Shown: positions 20,192-30,167 of the stretch, piece after piece | Layout of the letters: the number at the start of each line of letters is the position of its first letter | Position numbering within the stretch: position 1 is the stretch's first letter | Assembly (NCBI GenBank): GCA_016783505.1 | Contig: JADHWK010000015.1 | Coordinates: 1 to 47,560 of the forward strand | Direction: 5' to 3' | DNA: 47,560 nt | Source: Candidatus Zhuqueibacterota bacterium | GTDB lineage: Bacteria > BS750m-G25 | Position numbers and translations under genes: made by a program | Notes under the pieces: model-generated | Databases searched by the model: none | What the model was told of the DNA's origin: nothing | What the model saw: the letters and a program-made list of their open reading frames with translations, nothing else

Positions 20192-20238
20192 ATCAGTCGG
20201 GCGCCTGACCGACCTGACTAACCTGACTGAGCTGACCG
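20192..20238 (+). repeat. Family A repeat followed by three degenerate 9-nt tandem units
   Basis: atcagtcgggcgcctgaccga then cctgactaa cctgactga gctgaccga. Confidence 0.8.
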
Positions 20239-20300
20239 AAAACCAATGAATTAGTTGCATATATTCCTTATTTTAGTACCTACGATTAAAATCGTGGGTT

Positions 20301-20416
20301 TTTAGTGTTATGTAGTTCGTCTTCGATGCGGCTGTAGAAGTTTTCCACCGATACGTTGAAGCGGAACAGGAGCTACAGGGATAGGGGTTGTGGGTGGCTT
20401 GTAAGCTTTTTTCGAT
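20301..20416 (-). pseudogene. Possible frameshifted fragment of a DDE (IS481/IS3-like integrase-core) transposase
   Basis: Minus strand gives IEKSLQATHNP / IPVA / RFNVSVENFYSRIEDELHN across frameshifts, resembling H..IP...P..NG.VE.FH..I.DE. Confidence 0.4.
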
Positions 20417-20556
20417 GGATTAGATAATGAATAATTATGTATTTGAGCTATGACGATGTATTCACCCTTAGGGGAGGGGGCGGCGAATACATTTCTAAGG
20501 TCAAGAACAAATCGTCTTTGGCCTTTTTTGTTCTATGCTTAAGGATTAAAAAAAGG

Positions 20557-20585
20557 TTGATTATTATTAACATATATATTATCTT
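20557..20585 (+). promoter_or_regulatory. Putative sigma70 promoter of purL
   Basis: TTGATT-N17-TATCTT in an AT-rich tract; AAGGA upstream of ATG 20625. Confidence 0.45.
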
Positions 20586-20624
20586 TACAGTAAACTGTCA
20601 CAAAACAAGAAAGGAAAAATATTT

Positions 20625-22853
20625 ATGACTGAACCTGAAGTGACCGATGAATTGGCCGAAGAACACGGCCTCACGGAAGAGGAATTCGAAAAAATCAAAA
20701 AGATCCTCGGTCGGATTCCTACCTATACTGAGTTAGGTATCTTCTCAGTAATGTGGTCTGAGCACGCCAGCTACAAAAGTTCGCTTCTGGAACTGAAGAA
20801 ACTGCCCCGGGAGGGGGGAAGCCTGCTGGTCTCCGCCGGGTCGGAGAATGCGGGGTTAGTGGACATCGGGGAGGGTCTGGCGGTGAGCTTCAAGATAGAG
20901 AGCCACAACCATCCCTCGGCGGTGGAACCCTATCAGGGTGCCGCTACCGGAGTGGGGGGCATCCTGCGGGACATATTCACCATGGGAGCCAGACCCATCG
21001 CCTGTCTGGATTCCCTTCGGTTCGGAGAGCTCACCAACGACCGGCAGAAGTATCTCTTTCGCCAGGTTGTCAAGGGAATCGGGGATTACGGCAACTGCTT
21101 CGGCGTTCCCACCGTGGCCGGGGAGGTCTATTTTGAGGATGTCTACGCCGGCAATCCCCTGGTGAACGCCATGGCCGTAGGGGTGGTCAAATATGAAAAT
21201 GTGGCCCGGGCAGCGGCTGAGGGTGAGGGCAACCCGGTATTGATCGTAGGGTCATCCACTGGACGGGACGGCATCCATGGGACCACATTCGCATCGGAAG
21301 AACTGAGCGAAAAATCAGAAGAACGTCGTCCCCAAGTTCAGGTAGGGGATCCATTTGCCGAAAAACTCCTTTTAGAAGCGACCTTAGAATTGGTGAAACA
21401 GGATTTTCTGATAGGAATTCAGGACATGGGAGCCGCCGGACTCACCTGCTCCACCACCGAGATGGCCGCCCGGGGAAACTGTGGAATGGAGATCGAATTG
21501 ACCAAGGTCCCCCTGAGGGAAGGGGAAATGACTCCCTACGAAATCATGCTCTCGGAATCCCAGGAAAGGATGTTGGTGGTAGTCAAAAAGGGATACGAAA
21601 GCATGGTGAAGGAAATCTTTAAGAAATGGGACCTGAACTCTGAGGTCATCGGTCATGTCACTGGCGATGGGCGGCTGCGGGTGCGAAATCACGGGGAGGT
21701 GGTGGCTGAAGTGCCGGTGAAGAACCTGGTTCTGGGCGGAACGCCTGTCTATCAGCGCCCCCGGCGTAAGCCTAAATATTTGGCCGAGTTGCGTAGTTTT
21801 AAACCGGCATCTTTGGCTGCTCCCAAAAACCTTAATAAGGTTTTGCTTACCCTGTTGGCATCACCGAGTTTGGCCAACAAGGCATGGGTTACCGAACAAT
21901 ACGATACCTCTGTGCGCACAAATACGGTTCAGGGACCGGGGGCGGATGCGGCTGTCATCCGTCTCAAGGGTACTGATAAGGCTCTGGTGATGAAAACCGA
22001 CGGCAATGGTAGGTATGTATATCTTAATCCCAGGCGTGGGGCCCAGATTGCGGTGGCCGAGGCAGCCCGCAACGTGGTATGTGCCGGTGGAAGGCCAGTG
22101 GCCGTAACCAACTGCCTGAATTTCGGCAACCCCCAGAACCCGGAGATCTTCTGGCAATTTCAGGAAGCGGTGGCCGGTATGGGGGAGGCCTGCCGAAAGC
22201 TGGGGACCCCGGTGGCCAGCGGAAACGTCAGTTTCTACAACGAGGACCCCAACGGGGCTATCTACCCGACACCGGTAATCGGCATGCTGGGTCTGATAGA
22301 AGACCTGAACCATACCACCACGCCGCGGTTTAAAGAAAAGGGGAACCTCATCGCCCTCATCGGGAAGAACGGCCCCCACATCGGGGGAAGCGAATACCTG
22401 AAAAAAATCTTCGGCTTGGTCAGCGGCGATTGCCCTGATCTGGATCTGGATTTTGAAAGCCGGGTACAACGGGTCTGCCTTAAGGCCATCCGGTTGGGGA
22501 TCATCGCTTCGGCTCACGATTGCTCTGAGGGGGGTCTGGGGATTGCCCTGGCCGAATGCTGCATTCTGGGGGGGGGAAAAGCCATCGGGGCCCGGATTAC
22601 CCTACCCAAAGATGCTTCTGATCTGCGGCCGGATTTTCTCCTATTCAGTGAAACCCAGTCCCGGATTATCCTCTCCCTCAACGAAATCAACTGGGTTATT
22701 CTGGAAAAGATGGGCAAAGAGGCCGATATCCCCATCACCGTTATCGGTAGGGTGGGGGGCGACCGATTGATCATTAATGATTGGATTGATTTAACCCTGG
22801 AAAAAATGGATGATACCTACCGTTCCGCTATTAGAAAAATCATGGAACCTTAA
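20625..22853 (+). CDS. purL: Phosphoribosylformylglycinamidine synthase subunit PurL (small type)
   Basis: [57 protein letters not shown]. Confidence 0.97.
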   Translation: MTEPEVTDELAEEHGLTEEEFEKIKKILGRIPTYTELGIFSVMWSEHASYKSSLLELKKLPREGGSLLVSAGSENAGLVDIGEGLAVSFKIESHNHPSAVEPYQGAATGVGGILRDIFTMGARPIACLDSLRFGELTNDRQKYLFRQVVKGIGDYGNCFGVPTVAGEVYFEDVYAGNPLVNAMAVGVVKYENVARAAAEGEGNPVLIVGSSTGRDGIHGTTFASEELSEKSEERRPQVQVGDPFAEKLLLEATLELVKQDFLIGIQDMGAAGLTCSTTEMAARGNCGMEIELTKVPLREGEMTPYEIMLSESQERMLVVVKKGYESMVKEIFKKWDLNSEVIGHVTGDGRLRVRNHGEVVAEVPVKNLVLGGTPVYQRPRRKPKYLAELRSFKPASLAAPKNLNKVLLTLLASPSLANKAWVTEQYDTSVRTNTVQGPGADAAVIRLKGTDKALVMKTDGNGRYVYLNPRRGAQIAVAEAARNVVCAGGRPVAVTNCLNFGNPQNPEIFWQFQEAVAGMGEACRKLGTPVASGNVSFYNEDPNGAIYPTPVIGMLGLIEDLNHTTTPRFKEKGNLIALIGKNGPHIGGSEYLKKIFGLVSGDCPDLDLDFESRVQRVCLKAIRLGIIASAHDCSEGGLGIALAECCILGGGKAIGARITLPKDASDLRPDFLLFSETQSRIILSLNEINWVILEKMGKEADIPITVIGRVGGDRLIINDWIDLTLEKMDDTYRSAIRKIMEP

Positions 22854-22956
22854 CGAACCCAATATGCTCTCGCCGTATCTTGCCAGCCCAACTGATTTTA
22901 TGGACGGGCCATCCGCCGTAGTTTGACTAAAAAATTACAAAAATTTTATATAGTGG

Positions 22957-24717
22957 ATGTTTATGCAGAAGAGAATGTTTTTCATAGTATCTTTTATTAT
23001 CTTGTCCCCCTGGGCTGAATGGGGAATGGGTTATGCGGCCCGGGGTGTTGGGGAAGAACCACTACTTTTTTCATCCCAGGAACTGGACAAAGGTCAACAT
23101 CCCCTTGATCAAGATACGGTGAAGACCAAACGCCCCAAATTGGACGAGGAGACTATCTTCCTGAAGGTTTATGAGGAACTGGACCGAGAAGGAGAGGGGG
23201 TAAACCGGGATAGTTTATTCGAAAGTATCTATGAAGAGTTGAAGAAAAAAGAAGGCTTCGTATCCCCATCCGAGGAGGGGGATGAAGAGCCGTTGGAAAT
23301 ACCCCCCGAGCAGATTGTGGCCGCCGGTGAGCAAATAAAATGGGATGGTGACTTCGTAGTTGAGCGGAGACAGGTTGTAAGCGGCAACGTCCGGGTATCC
23401 GGCGGGGATGCCCTTATTAGGGGGATAGTGGACGGCGGCATCACCGTCTGGGCCGGGGATATTGAGATCGGCCCTGCCTCGGTGATTGAAGGAAAAGTCC
23501 ACGGGTTCGGGGGGAGGATTCTTCTGTCTCCGCAGTCCAGAATTCGTTCGCGAATCTGGACCCTGGACCTGGAAGGGTTTACAGTAACTGGAAATCCGAG
23601 GGGGGAAAAACTAAAACTTCAGCTATCCCGGGCCAGAGAACAAGTCATCAGTTACCAAACCCTAAACCGTTTTTCGTGGCGATACACCAAGGTAGAAGGA
23701 TTTTACTTTCAAATTATGAGGAAGTGGCTGTCCACCCCACCTTTAAATATAAATCTTTTGGCAGAGGTGGGTTATGGACTGGCAATGGGGGATTATCGCT
23801 ACAGATTTGGTGCCGAGTATGTGGGATTATTGAAGCAAAGATTAATCATAGGCTTTGCCCATTATCGTGCCACCCGGACTGAGGACGAATGGATGATTAC
23901 CACCGGCGAAAACTCACTGGGGGCACTTTTCCTCAAAGAAGATTATCGGGATTATTATTTGAGCAAAGGGAATGAATTATCGCTAACCTATTCATGGCCC
24001 TCTGGGCCGGTGACTCGCCTGGAATACCGAGAAGAAAATCACGAGGGTATGGAGACAAAGGCCGAGTGGGCCCTTGGGGGTTCGGATAGGGCCTTTCGAC
24101 CCAATTTCATGGATTTCCTGGTTGATTCCTGCGTCTGCAAGCAGATTTATTTCTCTCAGGGGTTTTCCTATCCCCGAAAACCCCTATGGTACCGGCCCCG
24201 CATTACCCTTTTTGTGGAAAATGAATATGCTGGAATGGGGGGGACTTTTGATTATGACCGCCTTGTCCTTGGCCTCCAGGCTCGCCTGCCATTCTTTAAG
24301 GATTTTGCCCTGACCGGGCGATTCCGGGGGGGAACGACCACTGGGGACTCCCTTCCAAACCAGAAGAGGTTTTACTTAGGTGGGCCTGGCAGTCTTCGGG
24401 GGCATGCTATAAAAGCCTTTTCGGGGGATCGAATGTTCCTGTCCAACCTTGAATTTTCCTATAATGAAACCAGGTATTTGAAGGGTTTGTTGACCTTTGT
24501 CCTTTTTCTCGACATCGGGGCGACTTGGTCGCCCGTCGATTCAGAAGACAGGAAACTGGCCAATACCTTTAGCAATCTTTATTCTGATGATATCAGTATG
24601 AACGTAGGGTTTGGACTCGGTCCCCGTCGGCTGTCCTGGCGGCTCAACATAGCCCAGGACCCAAAAGCCGATGAAATCTCACCGGTTGTTACATTCAGGT
24701 TAAAAAAGGGGTTTTAA
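22957..24717 (+). CDS. Outer-membrane protein: bactofilin-like beta-repeat domain plus Omp85/TamA-like barrel
   Basis: Signal-like N-terminus; V.G.V.V.GGD repeats; FYLGGPGSLRGH (Omp85 loop-6-like), GDRMFL.NLE, LFLDIG; C-terminal Phe (RLKKGF). Confidence 0.7.
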   Translation: MFMQKRMFFIVSFIILSPWAEWGMGYAARGVGEEPLLFSSQELDKGQHPLDQDTVKTKRPKLDEETIFLKVYEELDREGEGVNRDSLFESIYEELKKKEGFVSPSEEGDEEPLEIPPEQIVAAGEQIKWDGDFVVERRQVVSGNVRVSGGDALIRGIVDGGITVWAGDIEIGPASVIEGKVHGFGGRILLSPQSRIRSRIWTLDLEGFTVTGNPRGEKLKLQLSRAREQVISYQTLNRFSWRYTKVEGFYFQIMRKWLSTPPLNINLLAEVGYGLAMGDYRYRFGAEYVGLLKQRLIIGFAHYRATRTEDEWMITTGENSLGALFLKEDYRDYYLSKGNELSLTYSWPSGPVTRLEYREENHEGMETKAEWALGGSDRAFRPNFMDFLVDSCVCKQIYFSQGFSYPRKPLWYRPRITLFVENEYAGMGGTFDYDRLVLGLQARLPFFKDFALTGRFRGGTTTGDSLPNQKRFYLGGPGSLRGHAIKAFSGDRMFLSNLEFSYNETRYLKGLLTFVLFLDIGATWSPVDSEDRKLANTFSNLYSDDISMNVGFGLGPRRLSWRLNIAQDPKADEISPVVTFRLKKGF

Positions 24718-24742
24718 CCATAAACTATTTTTTGATCCTGGT

Positions 24743-24771
24743 GACAACCTAAGACCCCATAAATTGTCTAA
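24743..24771 (+). promoter_or_regulatory. Putative ECF-type autoregulatory promoter
   Basis: GACAAC-N17-GTCTAA ending about 20 nt upstream of the ECF sigma ATG; fits the AAC...GTC ECF pattern. Confidence 0.55.
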
Positions 24772-24791
24772 TTCAACAAGAGGGCGACGTA

Positions 24792-25367
24792 ATGACGGAC
24801 CAGGAATATGAACTGATCCTTCAAGCCCAGGAGGGGAATCTAAGGGCTTTTGAAGAGCTAGTAAAAAAATACGAGGGTAGGGTGATGAATCTGGCCTTTT
24901 CCCTGTTAAACAATCGTCAGGATGCTGAGGATATCTACCAGGAGACCTTCATGCGGGTGTTTAAACACCTCAAGTCATTCCGCTTTGAGAGCGACTTTTA
25001 CACCTGGGTCTACCGCATCGTTGCCAATCTATGCTTTAACCTCAGGAAACAGAGAAAACGATATACCACTTACTCGCTGGATGAGGAGTACGAAGACGGC
25101 CGCGATCTGTGGAAATTGGCACAGGTCGAATCCCCTAAAACTCCTGAGGAGGAAAGTTTAGATAACGAGCTTCGCCGCCAGATTGATGAGGCCATTGACC
25201 AATTGCCATCCCAACAGCGGACGGTGTTTGTTCTAAAGCATTATCACCAGCGAAAAATCAAGGAAATAGCTGATCTGGTTGGTATTACCGAAGGCACGGT
25301 GAAGCGGTATCTTTTTCGGGCCACCAATCGGCTAAGGGGGCTGTTGGAGCCCTACGCAATCGCATAA
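24792..25367 (+). CDS. ECF RNA polymerase sigma factor
   Basis: DAEDIYQETF, FYTWVYRI, EIADLVGITEGTVKRYLFRA. Confidence 0.95.
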   Translation: MTDQEYELILQAQEGNLRAFEELVKKYEGRVMNLAFSLLNNRQDAEDIYQETFMRVFKHLKSFRFESDFYTWVYRIVANLCFNLRKQRKRYTTYSLDEEYEDGRDLWKLAQVESPKTPEEESLDNELRRQIDEAIDQLPSQQRTVFVLKHYHQRKIKEIADLVGITEGTVKRYLFRATNRLRGLLEPYAIA

Positions 25368-25396
25368 TAAGTTTCTATTTGTTAGTGGGGATTACC

Positions 25397-26368
25397 ATGA
25401 AAGATTGTCAAAAATATCGCCGGCTTTTACCCCTGTTTTTATACGGTGAATTAACCGCGAATGAGAAGAGGGGGCTACAAAATCATCTTCAAGGATGTCT
25501 GAACTGTCAGACCGCCTTGGAAAAGGAGAGGAAATTTCAGGCAATTCTCTCCCGTCGTCCCGTTCTTCAAGCTACCGAAAAATTGCTGGCCCAATCACGG
25601 GGCCGGTTGGTGGCCCGCCTGCGGCTTAAAAGACGAATGGCATTTGCTGAAAAGGTGAGGGAGATTCTGGATAGTGCTGGGGATTGGCTTATCGGTGCCC
25701 TGTTTTTACCCCGCTTCCAGCTTGCCGGGGCGGTGGCGCTTCTACTAGTGGGCTTCGGTGTCGGTTGGGTTATCTTCACACCGGGTGAAGGGGAAAGGTT
25801 ACCCTTTACAGGACCATTGCAGCTCACCGGTTTGGATGGGGAGCACCTCTTCATCGAACAACTGTTGAGTCAACCTCCCGAAGAAGACCTGGATCTTCAC
25901 ATCAACGACCTGGGGGGGGGATTGGTCCAGGTTAATCTGGAGGCCAGGAGGAATTACGCCATCCAAGGGGAGGTAACCGACGAATCCATCCGGAGGCTGT
26001 TGAGCTATGCCCTGGTTAAGAATGAAAATCCTGGGGTAAGATTGCGGACCCTCAAAGCCCTTCAGATGCAAAAAGAGCAACAGGACGTCCGGAAAGTCCT
26101 CATTTATTCCCTCCTCAATGACAAAAACGACGGCGTCCGCCTGCGGGCCATCAAGGCTCTCAGAAACTTACCCCTTGATGGGGAACTGCAAAATGCCTTT
26201 ATCAAGGTTCTGTTGGAGGACAAAAACTCCAGCATCCGCATCCTGGCCATCGAAGCCCTGAATCAGGTTAAAACCGAGGACATCAGGCCGGTGTTCCGGG
26301 TTGCCGCCCAACAGGACGAAAACGACTACGTCAAACTGCTGGCCAGAAACGCACTGATCCAGGAATAA
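25397..26368 (+). CDS. Anti-sigma factor (zf-HC2, TM helix, periplasmic HEAT repeats)
   Basis: HLQGCLNC ZAS motif, one TM helix, repeats of (D/E).N.GVRL.A/T..AL. Confidence 0.85.
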   Translation: MKDCQKYRRLLPLFLYGELTANEKRGLQNHLQGCLNCQTALEKERKFQAILSRRPVLQATEKLLAQSRGRLVARLRLKRRMAFAEKVREILDSAGDWLIGALFLPRFQLAGAVALLLVGFGVGWVIFTPGEGERLPFTGPLQLTGLDGEHLFIEQLLSQPPEEDLDLHINDLGGGLVQVNLEARRNYAIQGEVTDESIRRLLSYALVKNENPGVRLRTLKALQMQKEQQDVRKVLIYSLLNDKNDGVRLRAIKALRNLPLDGELQNAFIKVLLEDKNSSIRILAIEALNQVKTEDIRPVFRVAAQQDENDYVKLLARNALIQE

Positions 26369-26380
26369 CCCTTCCAAACG

Positions 26381-27649
26381 ATGGAGGAAAGAATGACACG
26401 TTATGGTAAATTGATTGCCCTGGTCCTTATGGGCTTAATCCCCGGGCTGGGTCACCCCCAGGACACCCTATACTATGATGGGAGGTATTATGTAGGACAG
26501 GCGACCAGATCCTTCGCGGTCACCGAGGGAGGGAAGCTGGTGATGACCTCTATCGTCGCCGATATAAAGGTGGAGGCATGGTCCCAAAATCAGGTGCAAA
26601 TAATAGAGGTGAAGAGCATTGATGTCCCTACCAAAACTGAGGCCAGGACCGCCTGGCAGAAAACCGAGTCCTCCTTCCGTCAAGAGGGGAATCTCATTGA
26701 AGTTGAGGGTCGAGATTATAAAAGGAAATACATCAGGGGCTTCTATCGGGTTAAGGTTCCGGTGGTGTTCAGTTTTCACGTGGATACGGAGGGGGGGGAT
26801 ATTTCAGTGAATGGCCTTTCCGGTGAGGTGGTCTTAAATACTTCGGGGGGGGACATCGAGCTTAAGGGGCTTTCGGGGCGGGTCGAGGCCCGCACCTCCG
26901 GTGGTGACATGAATGCAGAGCAGATTAGGGGAAAACTAACCCTGAAGACATCCGGGGGTGATCTGGTTATGAAGGAATTGGAAGGAATAATCACCGCCAG
27001 GACTTCAGGGGGAGATGTGGAGTTGATCCATCTAAAGGGCGATGCTGAGCTCAAAACCTCTGGGGGGGACATTTATCTCGGGGACATAGAGGGGGAATCG
27101 GTCACTGCCCATACATCTGGGGGTGACATTGAGGTGCAGGGGGTGAAATCAAACCTAAAGGTAACCACTTTTGCTGGGGATGTTGATATTGAAAATACTG
27201 AGGGAGAGGTTATAGCTACTACTTCGGGCGGTGATGTGGAAATTATAGATGTGGTGGGGGGGGTGAAGACGAGCACTTCCGGGGGGGATATAAAATGCAA
27301 CCGCATCTCCGGATTTGTGGAAGCTAAAACCTCAGGGGGTGATATTGTGGTCAAGAAACTGCTAAATACTAACATCCAGGATCATCATCTGGATCTGGAG
27401 ACATCAGGGGGAAACATAGAACTCTATTTGCCCCCCAACATCAAAGCTGACGTAGAGGCCAAGATAACCATACGTCCATACGCCATTCGGGAATACCATA
27501 TTACCTCCGATTTTCCGTTGGAAATCGAAAAGATAAAGGAGGGAGGTTACCTTCACATCACCGGGAAGGGAAAAATCAACGGTGGGGGGCATCCGGTGAA
27601 TTTAAAGACCACCAGAGGGAATATTTATATCAAAGAATTGGAGGATTAA
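26381..27649 (+). CDS. DUF4097 beta-strand repeat protein
   Basis: Signal peptide; about 11 tandem ~18-aa T-S-G-G-D repeats; GKINGGG...LKTTRGNI end. Confidence 0.85.
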   Translation: MEERMTRYGKLIALVLMGLIPGLGHPQDTLYYDGRYYVGQATRSFAVTEGGKLVMTSIVADIKVEAWSQNQVQIIEVKSIDVPTKTEARTAWQKTESSFRQEGNLIEVEGRDYKRKYIRGFYRVKVPVVFSFHVDTEGGDISVNGLSGEVVLNTSGGDIELKGLSGRVEARTSGGDMNAEQIRGKLTLKTSGGDLVMKELEGIITARTSGGDVELIHLKGDAELKTSGGDIYLGDIEGESVTAHTSGGDIEVQGVKSNLKVTTFAGDVDIENTEGEVIATTSGGDVEIIDVVGGVKTSTSGGDIKCNRISGFVEAKTSGGDIVVKKLLNTNIQDHHLDLETSGGNIELYLPPNIKADVEAKITIRPYAIREYHITSDFPLEIEKIKEGGYLHITGKGKINGGGHPVNLKTTRGNIYIKELED

Positions 27650-27652
27650 CAG

Positions 27653-28474
27653 ATGTCTATAAAGAGAATATACCAAACCCAATTCGTTATTATCCTGATC
27701 TTATCGTTATTACCCTTGAATGCCGTCAGTTTGGCCGCAGAACGCACCGAATTGGTAGGAAAAGACTATCCCTTCAATCCCGATGGGGAAATCATTCTCA
27801 GAAATACCAACGGCTCCGTATCGGTTCAGTCCTGGGATGAGGCAAGGGTCAAGATTGAAGCGCAGAAGAACGTCCGTGGATTAAGCCCCCACCGGGCTGA
27901 GGAATATTTACAGGAGGTGAAGATTGATATCGAAGGCGATGAAAACTCCTTGACAATTGATACCTACTGTCCGGGGATATCAAAACCCTGGAACTTTTTC
28001 AGGTTCCTATTTGGGGGATACCCCAGGGTAAAAGTGGAATACCAGATCTGGGTTCCCCGCGAATGTGATCTGGAGTTGAAAACGGTGAACGGAGGAATAG
28101 ATGTCTCCAGTGTTACCGGAGACCTGAGCATAAATACCACCAATGGGGGAATTGATACCCGGGATTGTCGGGGTTCCCTCCGGGCTCGAACCACCAACGG
28201 GGGAATCCGGGTCGAATTAACTGAGTTTGGGCACGATGATGCGATGGACTGTTCAACCACAAATGGGGGCATCAAGGCCTATCTCCCGGAAGACCTTCGG
28301 GCAGATGTTTACGCCCGGACTACTAACGGGTCAATAGAGACCGATTTTCCCATTGAGATTCAGGGACGCTTTACCGGAAAACGGGTAGAGGGGAAGATCA
28401 ATGGGGGTGGAGGATCGGTCGAACTCACCACCACCAATGGGAGTATAAAAATTCTAACCCTTTCCGTTCCTTAA
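27653..28474 (+). CDS. DUF4097 beta-strand repeat protein
   Basis: Signal peptide; T-T-N-G-G/S repeats; GKINGGG end. Confidence 0.85.
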   Translation: MSIKRIYQTQFVIILILSLLPLNAVSLAAERTELVGKDYPFNPDGEIILRNTNGSVSVQSWDEARVKIEAQKNVRGLSPHRAEEYLQEVKIDIEGDENSLTIDTYCPGISKPWNFFRFLFGGYPRVKVEYQIWVPRECDLELKTVNGGIDVSSVTGDLSINTTNGGIDTRDCRGSLRARTTNGGIRVELTEFGHDDAMDCSTTNGGIKAYLPEDLRADVYARTTNGSIETDFPIEIQGRFTGKRVEGKINGGGGSVELTTTNGSIKILTLSVP

Positions 28475-28519
28475 GAACTGGGTGATAATCCTCACTTATT
28501 GAATCAATCGGAGAAAAAG

Positions 28520-30034
28520 ATGAAAGCTAAGATTTCTTTTATGACTATTATTTTATTAATGGGGTTCTCATCCTGGGGTTGGACTCTGACCACAGAGAAG
28601 GGGGGAACAACCACAGCCCTCGATACCTTAATATCTCCCCCTGAGCAGGAGATTAAAATATTCGGGGAATACCGGGTTGAGAAGGGGGAAGTGGTCAACG
28701 ATAACGTGAGCGTAATTGGCGGGGATGTTTACATCGCCGGGACAACAAAAGGCAATATTTCGGTCTACGGCGGGGATGTAGAGATCGCCTCCATCGCCCG
28801 GGTGGAGGGAAATATCCGATGCCTTGGTGGAAAAATTAATCGAGCTGAAGAGGCTGAGGTCATGGGCCGATTGGTGGAAGCCAATCTGGGGGGGATTACT
28901 ATAAAGCCCAGGAAAAAAGAGGGAACCAAAATCAAAAAGCCAAAGATAAAATTCCCTGAAGAGAAATATGGACTGGAAATCGGGGATCTGAGCACCATTC
29001 GATTTAACCGGGTAGAGGGTCTTTACCTGCAAGGTGGGGATAAGTGGAAATCACCCCCGCCTGTGAACGTCCTCTTTTACGGCTATGGCGGATATGGTTT
29101 TTCCATGGAAGAATGGCGGTATTTGCTTGGGTTGGAGAGGTATTGGTTTCAGAGAAGCCAGTTAAAAGCCGGAATCAGCGTTTACCGGGAGACAGCCACC
29201 CCTGATGAATGGATAATACCCGCTGACGAGAATAGCCTGGCTGCCTTTTTCTTGAAAGAGGACTTTCACGATTTCTACCGGCGGGAGGGGGTCTCGGTCT
29301 CCCTGTCCCAGCGGCTGTTTGGAAGGCTAAAGCTGGGGGCTCAATATCGTCAGGACGAACATGATTCTTTGAGGAAGAATACCAACTGGAGCTTGTTCGG
29401 GGGTCATAAGGTTTTCCGGGAAAATTTTTCCACCGTTGGTGACTCCATCACCGAAGGAACCATGAAAAGCCTATTTTTCTTAGGAAGGCTTGGGATAGCT
29501 GGTGAAGGTAATTGGAGGCTGTTGATATATGGCGAGTATGAATTTGCTAAAAAGAGTATGGGCGGGGACTTTAATTTTGATCGGATCTTGCTTGATCTTC
29601 GTCTCCATCAGCCAGTCTCCGTCGGTGAGATGATCAGCCTGCGGTTGCGAGCCGGGTCGGCCAGCGGCATCTTACCCAATCAGAAGGCTTTTTACTTGGG
29701 ATACATCGGAAGCCTGCGGGGGTATGAATACAAAGAATTCTGGGGAGACCGCATGGTGCTGGGCAACCTGGAATACCGCATCGGGATGGATTTTACCCCC
29801 GGGGACATTAACCTCATTCTGTTTGGGGATTCCGGCTTGGCCTGGAATGCAGGGCCGGATGAACGTAATGATTGGACCAAATCCTTTGACCGTTTGAAGT
29901 GGAACCGCCTGAAGTCGGACTTGGGAATTGCTGTTTGTGATGAAGATGATGAACATAGGTTGAATATCGCCAAGAGGCTCGACCGAGGAGAAGACGCCTG
30001 GGTAATTTCCTTTCGGATTAACCGTATGTTCTAA
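28520..30034 (+). CDS. Second bactofilin-like plus Omp85/TamA-like outer-membrane protein (paralog of 22957..24717)
   Basis: Shared ENSL.A.FLKED..D.Y, LPNQK.FYLG..GSLRG and GDRM motifs; C-terminal Phe (RINRMF). Confidence 0.75.
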   Translation: MKAKISFMTIILLMGFSSWGWTLTTEKGGTTTALDTLISPPEQEIKIFGEYRVEKGEVVNDNVSVIGGDVYIAGTTKGNISVYGGDVEIASIARVEGNIRCLGGKINRAEEAEVMGRLVEANLGGITIKPRKKEGTKIKKPKIKFPEEKYGLEIGDLSTIRFNRVEGLYLQGGDKWKSPPPVNVLFYGYGGYGFSMEEWRYLLGLERYWFQRSQLKAGISVYRETATPDEWIIPADENSLAAFFLKEDFHDFYRREGVSVSLSQRLFGRLKLGAQYRQDEHDSLRKNTNWSLFGGHKVFRENFSTVGDSITEGTMKSLFFLGRLGIAGEGNWRLLIYGEYEFAKKSMGGDFNFDRILLDLRLHQPVSVGEMISLRLRAGSASGILPNQKAFYLGYIGSLRGYEYKEFWGDRMVLGNLEYRIGMDFTPGDINLILFGDSGLAWNAGPDERNDWTKSFDRLKWNRLKSDLGIAVCDEDDEHRLNIAKRLDRGEDAWVISFRINRMF

Positions 30035-30167
30035 CACAGAGGACGAAGAGTTTATCTCAGAGAACCCAGAGGAAAGATTGGATGGGTTCTGCGTATTCTG
30101 TCGGCTTTCTGAGTTTGACTACAGAGGACGAAGAAATCCACAGAAAACCCTGAAATTCGAGGTAAAG

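Noticed and set aside
20437-20628. 63-aa ORF before purL
   Set aside because: Runs through an AT-rich promoter tract and has no family features.
21861-22517. 218-aa antisense ORF in purL and the many other short antisense or out-of-frame ORFs
   Set aside because: They overlap well-conserved genes and have no recognisable motifs; shadow ORFs.
20625-22853. Stand-alone purL without purQ/purS as a novelty
   Set aside because: Scattered pur genes are common and the partners are probably elsewhere in the genome.
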